Shown: positions 1-12,832 of the stretch, piece after piece
Position numbering within the stretch: position 1 is the first letter of the stretch
Layout of the letters: each line of letters starts with the position of its first letter
NCBI GenBank assembly: GCA_964187785.1
Contig: OZ076411.1
Coordinates: 34,720,001 to 34,784,000, forward strand
Source: Amphiscolops sp. MND2022
Lineage: Eukaryota
DNA length: 64,000 nt
Direction of reading: 5' to 3'
Program-made: the position numbers and the translations under genes
The notes under the pieces: generated by a model
What the model saw: only the letters and a program-made list of their open reading frames with translations
What the model was told of the DNA's origin: nothing
The model's database searches: none

Positions 1-3000
1 AAGATAAAACGGTTAAAATATCTCTAGATTCGCGGAAACTAAAACTTCCGTGAAGCAAAAAGCACAAATGCCAAACATCGAGGAGTTAATACCACGGATA
101 TCAAGACAAATTACAAACGGAGCAACCGACCAAATCTGGATATCCAAATTCGATCTGGATTATGCGCATAGCCAACAAAAGTTATCGAAGCACGCAATGG
201 ATTCAGGCATTTTCGCAATAACCGCAACTTCACCGGATATTACAGATTCCTAAAGGGGTTCTATGGCTTGGCTGACATGCCGACCATATTTCAAGAACAG
301 ATTGACCAAACTCTGGAGAACAAAATCCGGCGTTGTTAGATGACATATTGGTAGTCACAAAAGGAACAAGAGAACAATATAAACGTGAGTTTATCGAAGT
401 AATAACAAAATTGGAAAATGCAGGGTACAGACTGCGTGAAACCAAAACGGAATACTTCAGAACCGAAATAGAGTTGGTAGGTCCAAAAACTGACCGAACC
501 GGTATCAGACCGTTACAAGACAAACTGAAAGCAATCAAGAACTAAGAGGACCAAAATACGAGAAAGAATTAAAATCTTTTCTGGGGACAATTCAGTATTT
601 GTCAAAATACATCAAAAATTTGTCGGCACAGACAGACTTATTGAGACTTATATTAAAAACGAAAAATAACTGGAATTGGACAACGGAACATTCCGAAGCA
701 TATAACCAATTAAAACGCAAAATCACGGAAATACCGTGTTGGGCACACTATAGCTCCGTTCGACCGAACACAATTACAACCGACGCCAGTACAAAAAGGT
801 TAGTTGCAACTCTTTGGCGAGAACAAGATGAAAAGAGATTTGAAACCGATAGCTTTCGCAAGCAGGTTTCTATCGGATACAGAAAAAAAAGCAATAAATG
901 AGCTGGAATTACTATCGGTAGTCTGGTGGTTAGAACACTTCCGTCTGTACATATAAAGAAAACCCGTTAAATTTTTGACAGATCACCAGGCCTTAGAACC
1001 ACTACTAATGCGCAATCGATCAAATAAAACGTACAGAGCACGCCTAACATGCATGTCTCGACTGATTAGCACATTTCACGATAAACGTAAACTACATTGC
1101 CGGAAAACACTTAGTGCTTACGGATTACTTGAGTAGAAATCCTATCGCACCGGCGCAAAGGGATGATGCATACGAAGAAGAGTATGTTATTAACAGCATA
1201 GCACCGCGCTACGGATTTGTTTCAAAATTCGTTTGCCTTAGCAACCATTTTAACTAATCACAATCCGAGAACAGATCAACCAAAATGGCAAAAGCAAACA
1301 AAGAATGGTCAACGGACAACACGCGTGAAGAAAACGCCATTAGTAGCCTTGATTGCACCGCAAACAGTGACGTTGAATTCAAATAGAAAACTAACCTGAT
1401 AACAATGGACGCTAAAACCATTGACAGCCTCGGAAAAATCAACTCTTCCAAAGAAACATCCGATTCAATTGAAAGATGGCAAAACATTGTAAAGCCTGTG
1501 GTTTACCGACTATCAAATGGCAAGTGGAAAAAATACAACGAACCAAAATTCCTTCGCGGCGAAAGAAGACCAATTGAAGAAAGACTTTCGGAAATAATCC
1601 GAAGACTAAAAACCCGGATATAGAAATAAGAAACCGGCCAAATCAGAACCAGCAACAGACTGATTACTTCCCAGACTGGCAATTTACAGAAGCACGGAAC
1701 TTTGAAGAGGGATTCATCCCCCAAGAGGATAACCGACCAAGCAATTCCCAATGTCCGACTACATCTCACTCACCGGACGAAACACCAATGGAGGAGGGAG
1801 AAATCTCGATTTACTCAGAACTGGCACCGTCGGCACTGGAAGTTCCAACCATTAACTGGGCCAATTATTTTGGAGTAAAGAGCGTGCAATTTATCGAAAT
1901 ATGTCACGCACCAAGAATACAGGCAAAGGAGCCAAATAACTGAGACCACGAAAACCCCGTCAGAGAAACTGACAAAGTATTTGCAACGAATTACTAATGA
2001 CGGAAACAATTAACGATCCGAAACTACTGAAGACCCTCGTTTGCTTGGAGAGAAAGCAATACGACAACATCCCCGAAGAGTACAACCAGTACAAACTAAA
2101 ATTGTCAACGAGAGACGGACTAGTTTTCTTCAAAGAATAAATTATTCTCCCTGCCAACCTACGGACCACCGTTATCACACTCTTGTGCACAAAAGACATC
2201 CCGCCATAAACAAGATGACGATGGCGGCAAAACACTTCTGGTGGCCGAAGATCACAGAAGCGATCCGAAGAAAGTGCGGTTGCTGTATACCGTGAAATTT
2301 CTCTGATAAGAATCTTGAACCAAACATACCTAAGACGGAATAAAATCGTCTAACAACAATAAACTCGCCAAATGAAGAAATCCAATTGGATTTCATCGGA
2401 CCAATCACTGAAGACAACCGTAGATTTTTTAAATTTACTTTCCATGGACTGATACAGTAAATGACCGGCCGCCTGTCTATGTAAATCAACAGACGGAAAA
2501 ACGGCTGTAAATTTCCTTCAGCAATACATTCAGCTGAACGGTATACGAAAAACAATAAGAACCGACAAATCGTCGGCGTTCACAGGCCACTACTTCCGAT
2601 CATTTTGCAAAACGAAATTTGATAATATACGTAACACCGTAATCATACCCCGACAGGCTTAGTAGAACGTGGGGTGAGAACATTAGAGGAAAACCTAATA
2701 CATAACATAAAAGCAGGAGAATCTTTGAAAAAAGCGCTCGACCTAGCATTATGAGTAATGCGAACCACCCCACACACTAGACTGAAGAAATCGGCCTTTG
2801 AATTGCATTTCGGTAGAGAACCGAACACGGAATTGAGCAACAAGTTAAAATTAAACGAAATCAATAAAAACTAACAAATAATTATTCCTTTTCATCAAAA
2901 CCAGCAACCTTAGAGGTTCACACATTCAGTGGAGAAGGCGGTAGCTCCGACAATCTGCCAATGAAACAAATAAGAAAATCGACAAAGACTGTTAGTGAAT

Positions 3001-3955
3001 ATCGGTTTCAATTCTTCGAACGAAAAACAAAAGAACTAAATTCGAAAGCCCATATGCAGACCAACTACAAACAGCCGTAAAGGGAACGAATCACACCGTA
3101 ACTACAGCTGAAAATAAAATAATTCTCCATAAACTAATCAGTAAACCAATTACACCACTTGAACAGGAACCCTCCAACAGATGTACCGGACCAAGGGTAC
3201 CCGACGGAAGATTTGCCCGGAAAGAAGACGAGACTCTGGCCACTCCTATTGATTCCCATTACAAGACTATCCAATGGACACCAGCCCAGAATCACCTGGC
3301 ACCCAAAAGTCTGGGACATTCGGTAGACGAAGGCCCAAACTCATCCGAAACCGGGGAGAATCAACCTCACCAGAAAAGGCCGGAAAATGGTAAAAGCAAA
3401 CAACTGGGTCCCCTAACAATCAATGCCGATCAAATGTCGGATTCCGACATCGAGCAAAGAATCAGCGACACACAGCAATCAGGACAAGACCTTCACATTA
3501 AAGACACCAACTGTAAGGTAACCTACAATACTTTTGAAAAGAGAGTTGAGTCAGACTTAGAACTAGTCAGCTATCTTAGCTCTAGCACCGAGATTGCAAA
3601 AAAATAGAAAACATAGAAGAAACTAACCTACGCCGGTCAAAACGCCCAACGAAAACGAACCGAATTGTTAGACTAAATAATCCTTTTAACCAAACTGATA
3701 ACAGGAAACACCGCAAAACAGCTGAATCTGTCACCACGGCTGGAGCCAACAGAAGAAACGCTGGAGCGGAAAAGCGAAGAAAACCAGTAAACAGATCACA
3801 CTACAAGACGGACCAATCCATGGAAGCTCGCCATGCTGATCATGGAAACCCGGATACACCAATAACAAGACGCGGACGGCATACCGACCACAACTGCAAT
3901 CTGGACGACAACGGAACCCCATTGGATTCTTCTTGTCCAATTGTAGAGGGGGAAA
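1..3955 (+). mobile_element. Degenerate Ty3/Gypsy LTR retrotransposon internal region (compact family X): RT, RNase H and integrase fragments; left end runs off the window
   Basis: Fragmented ORFs in RT-RH-IN order: RT (KFDLDYA..., LDDILVV), RNase H (ITTDAST), integrase zinc finger (HKRHPAINKM...KHFWWPK...KCGCCIP) and core motifs (IQLDFIGP, GLVERGVRTL). Many stops and frameshifts. Purine tract AGAGGGGGAAA at 3945-3955. Confidence 0.9.
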
Positions 3956-4138
3956 TGAAGAGCAACAGACATCATTAAAACTGTTGATAAACAATCCATT
4001 GTTACTTTTAGTTCCTGTTAAATTACCAAATATTTAGGTACATAGAAATAGCTCACTATCATTACGATACGTTTCGAGTTAGAGAAAACATTGGTTTTTT
4101 TAATATCGTTTTCATATCAGCTATTCAAGCAGATTACA
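3956..4138 (+). repeat. Putative short LTR (~183 bp) of family X
   Basis: Starts TG directly after the purine tract, ends ...TTACA, and is followed 3 nt later by PBS-like TGGCGCAGTC. No second copy in the window for confirmation. Confidence 0.55.
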
Positions 4139-4141
4139 ATA

Positions 4142-4443
4142 TGGCGCAGTCAACAATTTGAATTTCCAGAGAAAGCTTGTGACAATGGAAGATGATTAAA
4201 ACAACTCCATGGTAAAAACGGGCCACCTCTCACTCCCAAACATTACAACTGCGAGATCGGTTGAACGGACAACAACACAAAAATTGCCCATTCCGATCTT
4301 AGAAAAGAACGATCACACCAGTGCCAAACTCTGGTGGAGAAAGTTCACCCAGTACATCAAAATGACCAGCCAAATAGATCGATCGAAGATAACAAACTCC
4401 AAAGAAGTGCTCCCACAATACAGAGACCAATTGGAAGAGGAAA
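4142..4443 (+). mobile_element. PBS plus truncated gag start of a second family-X unit
   Basis: TGGCGCAGTC at 4142, then ORF 4209+ (AKLWWRKFTQYIKMTSQID...QYRDQLEEEI) homologous to the gag at ~12990-13100 (KIWWIRFTQYIKMIQNID...NYRDDLEHRI). Homology is lost after ~4443. Confidence 0.7.
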
Positions 4444-4986
4444 TAATCTCGCCATACCATTTACAATACGACATTCACAATTTTCTGTTTCTAATTGAGT
4501 CTCAACAAACATATTCTCGAAGCGTTTTATGAAACGTTGACAAAAACAACAAATGAACAAAATAAGCAGAGTGTCAACGTTCACTCTTATTGAAGTGAAA
4601 AAAAATGTTACTGTTACTTCCTTCCATTTTGTCAAAACAATAAAATTCTTCTTTGTATGCATCGATGGCCCCTCAACCGTTGTTTTCCAATAACACGAAA
4701 ATTTTTCAAAACGTAAGCTTGCAACGATAGCTCAACTTCATAAAAACAAGCATCATTGAACATGTTTATGTTAGTGTTTTTGTGGTCAAAACTTGGATGT
4801 TACACTTCCTCTGACTTTAGAAGTCAAAAGATTTAACATTATCGTAAGTTTAACAAGAAAATTATACATATAATAATACCGAAAATTATAATATATGCCA
4901 TGGTTACATAAACATTGCAATAACAGCATGGAACAAAGTACATTGCCGTTCAATAGCGAGGCACAAAAGATTCAAAATCCCAGATT

Positions 4987-6237
4987 TCAAGTCCCAAAAA
5001 TATATGATAAAACAGCATCCACCGGATGATCAGTTGTGGGGGTTTCTCTGTGATTGAATAGTTTATGAATCTCATAGAAATGTTGGCTTTGTGTTAACTC
5101 TGAAACGAACACTGGTTTAGTTTCCATTTGAACCCATTGTTGTGTTAACTTCTCTAGCCCTTTCCAGCTTGTCAGTTTCATGTATGGTCTTGACTCAACA
5201 TTAATGTCTTTCTGCGTGAAACCTATACACGAGCCGATGAAAGCGTCTTCAAACTTCCAAAAACATGGTCTCTCTCTAGTCTCTGCGTAACGATGGGGGT
5301 CCAAACCTGTGCACAAGTACGGGCAATCGAGAGCAGCCTCGTGAATTAGTGACATTGAAAAAACCAAGAGTGCTCCAATAAAGTAATCAGGGTACGTTTT
5401 TTCAGCGTATTCATTCCACCAAACCACCCATTTGCTTTTATTTGGATGTCTCAGTACCTTTTTAGGTGCATCACGACCTAAAAATATAGGCCGATGTTTC
5501 TGTAGTTTGATCTGTGCAATATTTCTATCTACATCAGCCGATACTTGGATTTTTGAAATTTCTCGATCAAGAGCTTCCATTTTGATGTAATTGTCATCAT
5601 CGGATTTTATGAAATATTCCGCGTTAGTGCAAAAACAAGAAACAAATTTGTAAGCAATCAACATTTTCAGGGTCAAATTGTAGTAATCTTCGGTAATATT
5701 AACAACTACAATATCTCCATACTTCTGATTCTCCAATTCCAAAATTTTGCTTTCACTCTCATTTCGTGGAGCTCCGACTAGAAACATTTTTGTCCATTTC
5801 GTTGGCAGGTGTTTGATGGCACTGAAGTTGGCGAAAGTCTCTCTGATTGCCATTCTGGTGTCTGGCTTCCAGGGCACGTTAACGATGACCAGAACTCGCA
5901 AGCGCTCTACTGAAGGGTCACAAATAGACGTAGTCGCTGAGATCGGCAACAAACTTTTGTCATAAGGAGGCAATGACTTTATTGGGGCGTTTGAGTACGA
6001 TAATTTACTGTAAGGAGATCTATCATTCAACATGCAGTTCCACATTTCAGCTTGCCTGTAGAATTTCTGATGCTGCGAATCGTTGATATTGCTTGAAGAC
6101 ATGAGTCGAAACTCACTCGATGAGTTGATCAACTCCAAGGATCTATCGATTGTAGAAAAATGGAGCGAGTTGAAAATAGACAAAACGCAAGTAGTCACAA
6201 TGAGAGAAACTAGCAGTTTTCTGAAGATGGGTTTCAT
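4987..6237 (-). CDS. Glycosyltransferase family 31 (beta-1,3-galactosyl/GlcNAc-transferase-like) type II membrane protein, ~416 aa, single coding exon
   Basis: Uninterrupted ORF. ATG 6237 (MKPIFRK) is followed by a hydrophobic anchor (LLVSLIVTTCVLSIF). GT31 motifs: RMAIRETF, KMFLVG, ENQKYGDIV, YYNLTLKML, YFIKSDDDNYI (DxD), YPDYFIGALLVFS, FEDAFIG. The ORF track's upstream GTG start at 6348 is probably not used. Confidence 0.9.
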   Translation of the reverse strand: MKPIFRKLLVSLIVTTCVLSIFNSLHFSTIDRSLELINSSSEFRLMSSSNINDSQHQKFYRQAEMWNCMLNDRSPYSKLSYSNAPIKSLPPYDKSLLPISATTSICDPSVERLRVLVIVNVPWKPDTRMAIRETFANFSAIKHLPTKWTKMFLVGAPRNESESKILELENQKYGDIVVVNITEDYYNLTLKMLIAYKFVSCFCTNAEYFIKSDDDNYIKMEALDREISKIQVSADVDRNIAQIKLQKHRPIFLGRDAPKKVLRHPNKSKWVVWWNEYAEKTYPDYFIGALLVFSMSLIHEAALDCPYLCTGLDPHRYAETRERPCFWKFEDAFIGSCIGFTQKDINVESRPYMKLTSWKGLEKLTQQWVQMETKPVFVSELTQSQHFYEIHKLFNHRETPTTDHPVDAVLSYIFGT

Positions 6238-7300
6238 GGTTACCTTTAAAAGTTGCAACTTTGGCTCCTGTGTTTCGTTATTATAACACTCATGATTTTT
6301 AAACAAATGCTTTTCAAAAAAGATGAAACTAGTATCATTTTTCGGCACAATGAACAGTCTGTCAATGATATTTAACTTACCTACAAGTGCCCTTGATTTT
6401 CACGGCACGCTGAAGATGAAGCGTTCTGTACATTTAATTACACTTATAATGTGTTTGCTAATGCGTATTTAAACATTTTAATCCGCAGTTAACTGACGAC
6501 AAAAAGTTTGACGTCATCTTAGAAAATTTTCAACCTGCGTGATAAAAGTCGAATACACAGGGAAATTTAACGCATGAGAAAATTAATGCCAAAATTGACC
6601 GTAAGAGTTTTGGAAAAGCATGATAAGGACATTGGCAACCTTAAATATTATGTTCGAAGTCGATCGAACAATTTCAACAAGGGCGGAATTTGATTTTCAT
6701 CTACCAATTGTCATTTCCAACTTGGTCTCTAACAAATGGTTTTTCAGTTACCTTTTTTGCAGTTTATCAACGCTGGGAAAAATTGTCAGCCAGTTAATGT
6801 AATTGTTATTGCCTTTTGTTTTGTTGGTTTTATGTTTTCAGCAACTTATCATTCAAGTTCGAAAAGGAATTCAATGTCTACACTATCAATTTTCATTAGT
6901 TTCGATGGATAAAAAAGCTGATTTTCAAACAAAAGTTTTGAGGGAGACTTCAGAGGTTTACTTTTTGGTAAAGATAAAATTGTAAAAAGATCATTTTAAT
7001 AAACTCAAAAGTGTCAATTCTACACATCAAGTTCACATTTTTAAAGAACTTCCAAAAATATCAAGTATTCGGAGCTAGAAAGTCTTCTCTAGCACATAAG
7101 TCAGTTTCGAGCTTTCTAATCGATTTTTTTTTAAAAATACCACCTAGAATTTGCATCAAGGATTTCAACAAAAAGGTTTCCCACTGAACAAAACAATAGT
7201 ATACATTTCCTCCAGAATTTTAAACGTAACTTTTACTGTGTTTGTAAAAGTTGGTATTTCAAGTTGCAGTTTTCAAAATCACGACTACGGTGGCATCGAA

Positions 7301-7363
7301 ATGAATAATAGAATTGTAATGAATAATGGAATCGGAATGAATAATGGAACTGGGATGAACAAT
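7301..7363. repeat. 18-bp tandem repeat, 3.5 copies
   Basis: atgaataatagaattgta / atgaataatggaatcgga / atgaataatggaactggg / atgaacaat. Confidence 0.8.
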
Positions 7364-7924
7364 ATCATTAAAATCAGTTGAGAGCTTCCAACTTCCTTGA
7401 TGTGGCCATCTTTGTGTTCATATTTTGAATTTGAAGAGAAAGCAGCAAAACAGTTCAGTAATGAAGTTAGTCAAAATGCGTGCAGTGGAGAGGTCGGTGG
7501 GTGGCTTTTTTTTCACACAGCACTTTTTTCACGTGTAGCTGGACAAAACAGCGGTTTTGAAGCGAGACAAAACAGTCGATTTTGAAAAAGAGACAAAAAC
7601 CATTTGTAATGGTGGATTGTTATTTTCCGCCCATATTTCATATGGGAAAGGAAAATATTTATATCAAACGGTTTTTTCTTACAAAATTTGCCAAGCACCA
7701 AATTTATATTTAACTTTGAGGGTGTTATCCATAGAATTCAACTCACATATATTTAGCTTCGTGCGATATGTAATTTTGGAGATCTCTGGATTTTTTCATT
7801 AGACCCCAAGGACCCCAAAATTACCCAAAAATGACCCCAAAAATGAACAAAAAAACTCGCAGAAATTTTCAATTTTTGAGGTTTCAATGCAATTTTTTTT
7901 CTATGTCATTTTTTCGATAGATAT

Positions 7925-8790
7925 CGTGGATTAAAATGTTGAAAACGTTCAACCAGGCACAAAATCGGTGGCCAGTAGGCTTCTATGAAGAGAAAAATGT
8001 GGTTTTCTAAAAGAAAAAGATTCATAACTAAGACCGAAAATGACAAAGAGCTGCTAAAACAAATTATCTTTTCGTTTTTATGCACTTTCAATGAAATTTT
8101 CGTTGGACTTCGTGGATGAGAATGTCGAAAATGCTCAACATGGCACAAATTCGTTGTCCAGTAGACTTTTGTGAAGTCTACATAAAATGACCGAAAATTT
8201 CCAGATTTTAATTGTTTTTATGCAATTTTTGTCAAATTTTCAATGGATTTCGTAGCCATGTTGAAAATGCTCAACATGGCACAAATTCGTTGTCCAGTAG
8301 GCTTGTATGAAGAAATAAATGCTGTTTTCCAAATGAAAAATATACAAAATTAATACCGAAATTGACAAAAAACCCCAAAATTTTTCCAATTTCAAAGTTT
8401 TTTTGCATTTTTTGTTAAATTCTTGACACACTTCGTGGGTTGAAATGTGTGAAAGAGTCAACAGGGAAAAATTGGTAGTCCAGTAGTCTTTTGTGAAAGA
8501 TAGTTCCAGTTTTCTACTAGAAAAAATGTCTCAAATTGACACGTCAAACGTAAATTTTTATAATTTTCAAAGGCCAGTTTTCAGGCATTTTTCCTACTTT
8601 TCGACAGACTTCGTAGATTGGAATGTTGAAAAGGGCCAACAAGAAAAGAATGTGTTGTCCAGTATTCCTAGTTGTCTGCAAATGACATCGAAAAAAATCA
8701 AAAATTTTCCGATTTGCACCATTTCTCTTCAATTTTTCTCAAACTATCAATAGACTTCGTTAACGACAATGTTAAAACCCCTAAACAATG
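7925..8790. repeat. Divergent tandem array, ~6 units of 136-187 bp
   Basis: Core motif (c)ttcgt..aatgttgaaaa..caac....acaaa..g.tgtccagtag recurs with ATGT at 7936, 8122, 8258, 8445, 8623 and 8769. Confidence 0.6.
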
Positions 8791-10239
8791 AGAAAAATTG
8801 TTATTTCGTTGAGCTTTTCTCAAGAGATAAGTTCAAAGTATGAAAAAAAATGCCTCAAATTGACTCTGAAATTTTCGAAAAAGTTTGCAAAGCTACTTTT
8901 TCCAAGTCGAAATCAGCTATTAAAGCAAGGGTACCCTTCGCTTCGACCAAATAAAACTTTCGGAGAGACGCACAGAGCTGCAAAAAAACTGAAATGAGGT
9001 ATTTTCCACAATCAAAAAGAAAACTCAGTAGTTCCTTTCGATCAAAAGTAACAAAGAGGTTACCCTCAAGACTTGGGAAATTTATTTCCTTTACCGAAAT
9101 CCTAAAAATAAAAAATGCAAAAAAAGATTTTCAAAAATTGAATTCGAAAAGGATCTGAAAATTGTTCTTTACCCGGTAAGTTGCATAGTGCCAAAAACGA
9201 AAATGGCCTGCTATCGCAGAAATAATAAATTAGGTGTTTCCTTTAAAAAATGGTCCGAGATGAATTGAAGCTCTTTTCTACGAATTTCTTTGCGTTTTCA
9301 TAGTGCAATTGCTCTTCGTGAGCCTCAAATTTATGTAGCTCTAGAACAGGTTGGGTAGGAAAATATCTCGTTGCTCAGCGTGCGTCTTGTTTCTATACAC
9401 ATCAAGTGCGGGCAGTGCTAACTGGAACAAGAGAAACTACTAATCATGGAAGTACCGGAGGAATATGTTGAAAGTGCCACATTGATTAATTTATAGTGGC
9501 GGCAGAGCAGTTGACTGACCGTTCAATTGGCCGACTATGTAGTTAGCCGACCCGATTGAATATGATTGGATGTCAGAAAAAATATTCTCAGTTTGGTTAT
9601 ACAATCAATCGGAAAGTAGATGTGTATCAAAAAAAATTTGTGAACAAAACTCGACCTGTTTACTATTTGTGTTAAACGTTTCCCATTTGGAAGGATATGA
9701 AAAGTGAAATGATTTCGAATCAAAGTCTAACAGCAGAAAATAGTCAAACTTCCTGATGGCCTATGAGTTTCGAAACGGATTTATAAGTTCAAAAGGATTT
9801 ATCTAGAAGGGTCACAATAATCTCCAAAAATGCAATGTTCATATTATTACCGTTTCGACCGAAACCATCAAAACAACAATAAGTGTTCATTTTACAATTG
9901 CAGTTGATCTAAGTGTCAATGCACTCTCTTTGTATTAACAAGTTTGTTTTATAATTTCGAAATTTGACCAACCTAAAAATGAAATGCAACAAATTTTATT
10001 TTTCTCTTGAATCACGTATTGGGTAAAAAATGAGTCTGCGCCAGTTGATAGCAAAGTTGAATATCTTGATAAAACAATCATCAGATGTGTCCAAAAACAT
10101 GCACCAAAGTGAAAGCTGAATCCATTCTCTTCCAAGTAATCATGGATAACGAACGCAATATAAAATTCTCATCACAAAACGAAACCCACTATCCGGAATA
10201 AGACACTTTGTTCAACCGATGAAATTCTAATTGCCTACA

Positions 10240-11075
10240 CAAGTATTCGTAACAAAGTTATCAACCTGGTAAGAGCAGAAAAAAGACATGTTAGTTTTGA
10301 CGCACTCGGTCGGATCCCTACTCCGGAGTAAATATATGCGACGCTCAAATCTAAAACGCGACAATGTGGGTCGAGTCTTTATGCACTGGAGGCTGATACA
10401 AATAATCAAAGCTTGGCCACTGTTGGATCTGTTCTCGTTGAGCGCATCAACTTTTTTGATAGCAATACTAAAATAATCACAGTCAAAGAAACGAGTTGCT
10501 CACGACAGAGCGTCAAATGAAATATTTAAGTATTGTCGCCAGTAGTAGATCCCTTTCTTCCAAGAATTTCAAGGAAATGACAGAATCCTTGAGATATCCA
10601 GATTGAATGAAATTAATCCCATCAAAAACAAAAAGATGACCTGGTTTCCATCCAATAAACTGACAGTTCATTCTGGAAAACGTGAAGCAGTGTGTTTTGG
10701 TTTTGGTAGGCCAGAAACTTTTAATAGAGGGGACACTGAATTGAATTACAAAATATCCTGTAGGTATGTGGGATTTTTTGAATTGCTTTTCCGTGACCAC
10801 ATCGACTATGTAGTAAGAAAAACAAAAAAAACAAAGTTGCCTCGTTTATAGCAAATAGTTTCAAGATGAAAAAGTTTTCACTGGTTATTATAGTAGCGGA
10901 CTATATATAAAAATGTAAATGCATTCTAATCGCTCATAACTAGGAGGAATTTAAACGGACTCGTGGATGTTCCATTTTGCCGAACAATGATAAAAACGGA
11001 AGTCGTTTTCGAATAACAAGAATACAGCGTGTAATTTTGCTGCTGGACGTTGATTTGTTTCCTGAGTTTTCAGGA
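10240..11075 (+). mobile_element. Decayed, internally deleted CR1/L2-type LINE ORF2 fragments
   Basis: NKVINLVRAEKR and TWFPSNKLTVHSGKREAVCFGFGRPE...FRDHIDYVVRK align with the LINE ORF2 at 36304-38286 (TNWFVSNKLTVNVDKCEAISFGCGKPD...FREHFDYVTKK). Confidence 0.7.
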
Positions 11076-12832
11076 GGCTCAAGCAAAATTCAAATTATTA
11101 TGTATACAAGGACACTCTGTCAGTCCATATCTTGAACAATAAAGATTTGATGGCGATCTTTTTTACAAGTGCTAAATTCTGTGTTCTGGTGTGATTGATG
11201 ACACTCATTTTTCTGCCACTCTTGAAGATTCGTAGGCCGAACGTGTGTCAGAAACAACTTTAAAAAACGCATCTAGATCGAAAAAAAAACCATATCGCAA
11301 ACGTTGGGAAACGCGATGTTTAGGAATTTCAGTTTGAACATTGATTGTTTTGTACAACTCAGTAATTGATTATTCTTCTTAGTAAGACTCCTTATTCAAA
11401 TTTGCAGAACCCTATGAGAAGGGACTGAAAGGTGCTAATTTTTAATTTGCATTGAAGTGGAAAATCCATGTTTATGAGTACTGCAGCACAATTGGTATGA
11501 TGATTGGTATGGTACCAACTATCATGAAACTCATTTCTTAATTTCATAAATTGTTTATGGACACGGAAAGATTTTCTGATAAGCCAAGAAATTGAAAATG
11601 ACTCAAATCGAGACGTTAGGATCAAGAAATGTGCTTTAGATGCTATTGTGTGACGATAAGCTGTTTCCTGTATTTAGTCGGTGCTATTAGATTAAAGGAC
11701 CCTGACTATTACAGCCACTGATTGTATTGTTTTTCTTTCACACAGACGCGAATCCGACAAAATTTTTGTTCTGTTTGTTCAAATACACGAACACCTCGGA
11801 AACGCATCTACGTTAGTGCATCTCTTCATTTTTTGAAGTGTCCTCTCTTTCAATTTTGTGTGACACTTATTTCGAATTTTTTCATTTCTCCAAAATGGTC
11901 TAGCTTCAAAGGGGTCTTCCAAATAGGAAATACTACGTATGGGTGCGCGATTTTTGCGCGTAAAATATATGCCATGCACTGAATTGTCACAACGGTTTTC
12001 TGGCTTTGAGAGCCATCTTTGGGAACGCCCAAAAACTAGCCAAAGATAGAGTGAAACACAGAACCGGAAATAGATCCGTGGAACAGCATCGGACGCCATC
12101 GGATACGAATAAAGCACTGCCATCAGTGCGTCCCTGCTTGATTATCATTTCGACTGTGACATGATACGGAGCCAAGGCTGCAGCGTATTTCGATGGTACT
12201 TGTGACCCATACGACACTCTCGAGGAGCTGGCAATCCATGCACCCGAAATGGGGCAGAATTGTAAACCCTACGTACATGGCCAGCCGAGAAAGAAAGAAC
12301 AATTAGGATCCTGCTTTGTATTCGTGACTGTCTGATTAAGGACGAGCGAAACAGTCCTTGGTTCTACAACAAATGAAAGCATGTCTTGACAGACATTTGG
12401 GTTCGACAAAAAGTTTTGGGAAGCAGTCTTTTAGCTCACATCGACACATCAAAATCAACCATCAACATTGGGAACTTGCTTTATATTTCTTCAGTCTTTG
12501 TAAGTTCATTATCGTATCAGTAGTTTTTGTGAAAAGAAGATAAAATTGCACAAAAGTTATCAATGAGTTTTTTACGAAACTCTCCAAGTTCGTTTCTGCT
12601 AGATTGCTAGATCAATATATACGTTGACAGACATACATGTCAATTGTCAATCATCCCCATCACAACCTTCATGTTGACCTTTGTCATTTGGCATTATAGT
12701 ACCTGTCTGATATGTATACCATGCTAGAACATACGAATCTATTCACTTACACTTGCATACACGATAGTGAACGGAATAGACTATTAACACAGCGTTTCTT
12801 ATTGCTTTATCTTGTATTCGAAGTATACAACA

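Noticed and set aside
7925-8790. CRISPR-like repeat/spacer appearance
   Set aside because: Repeats are highly degenerate, spacers are 90-140 bp and partly similar to each other, there are no cas genes, and the context is eukaryotic.
11990-12300. GC-richer stretch with short ORFs on both strands
   Set aside because: No frame is open throughout and no motif is recognised; it cannot be called an exon.
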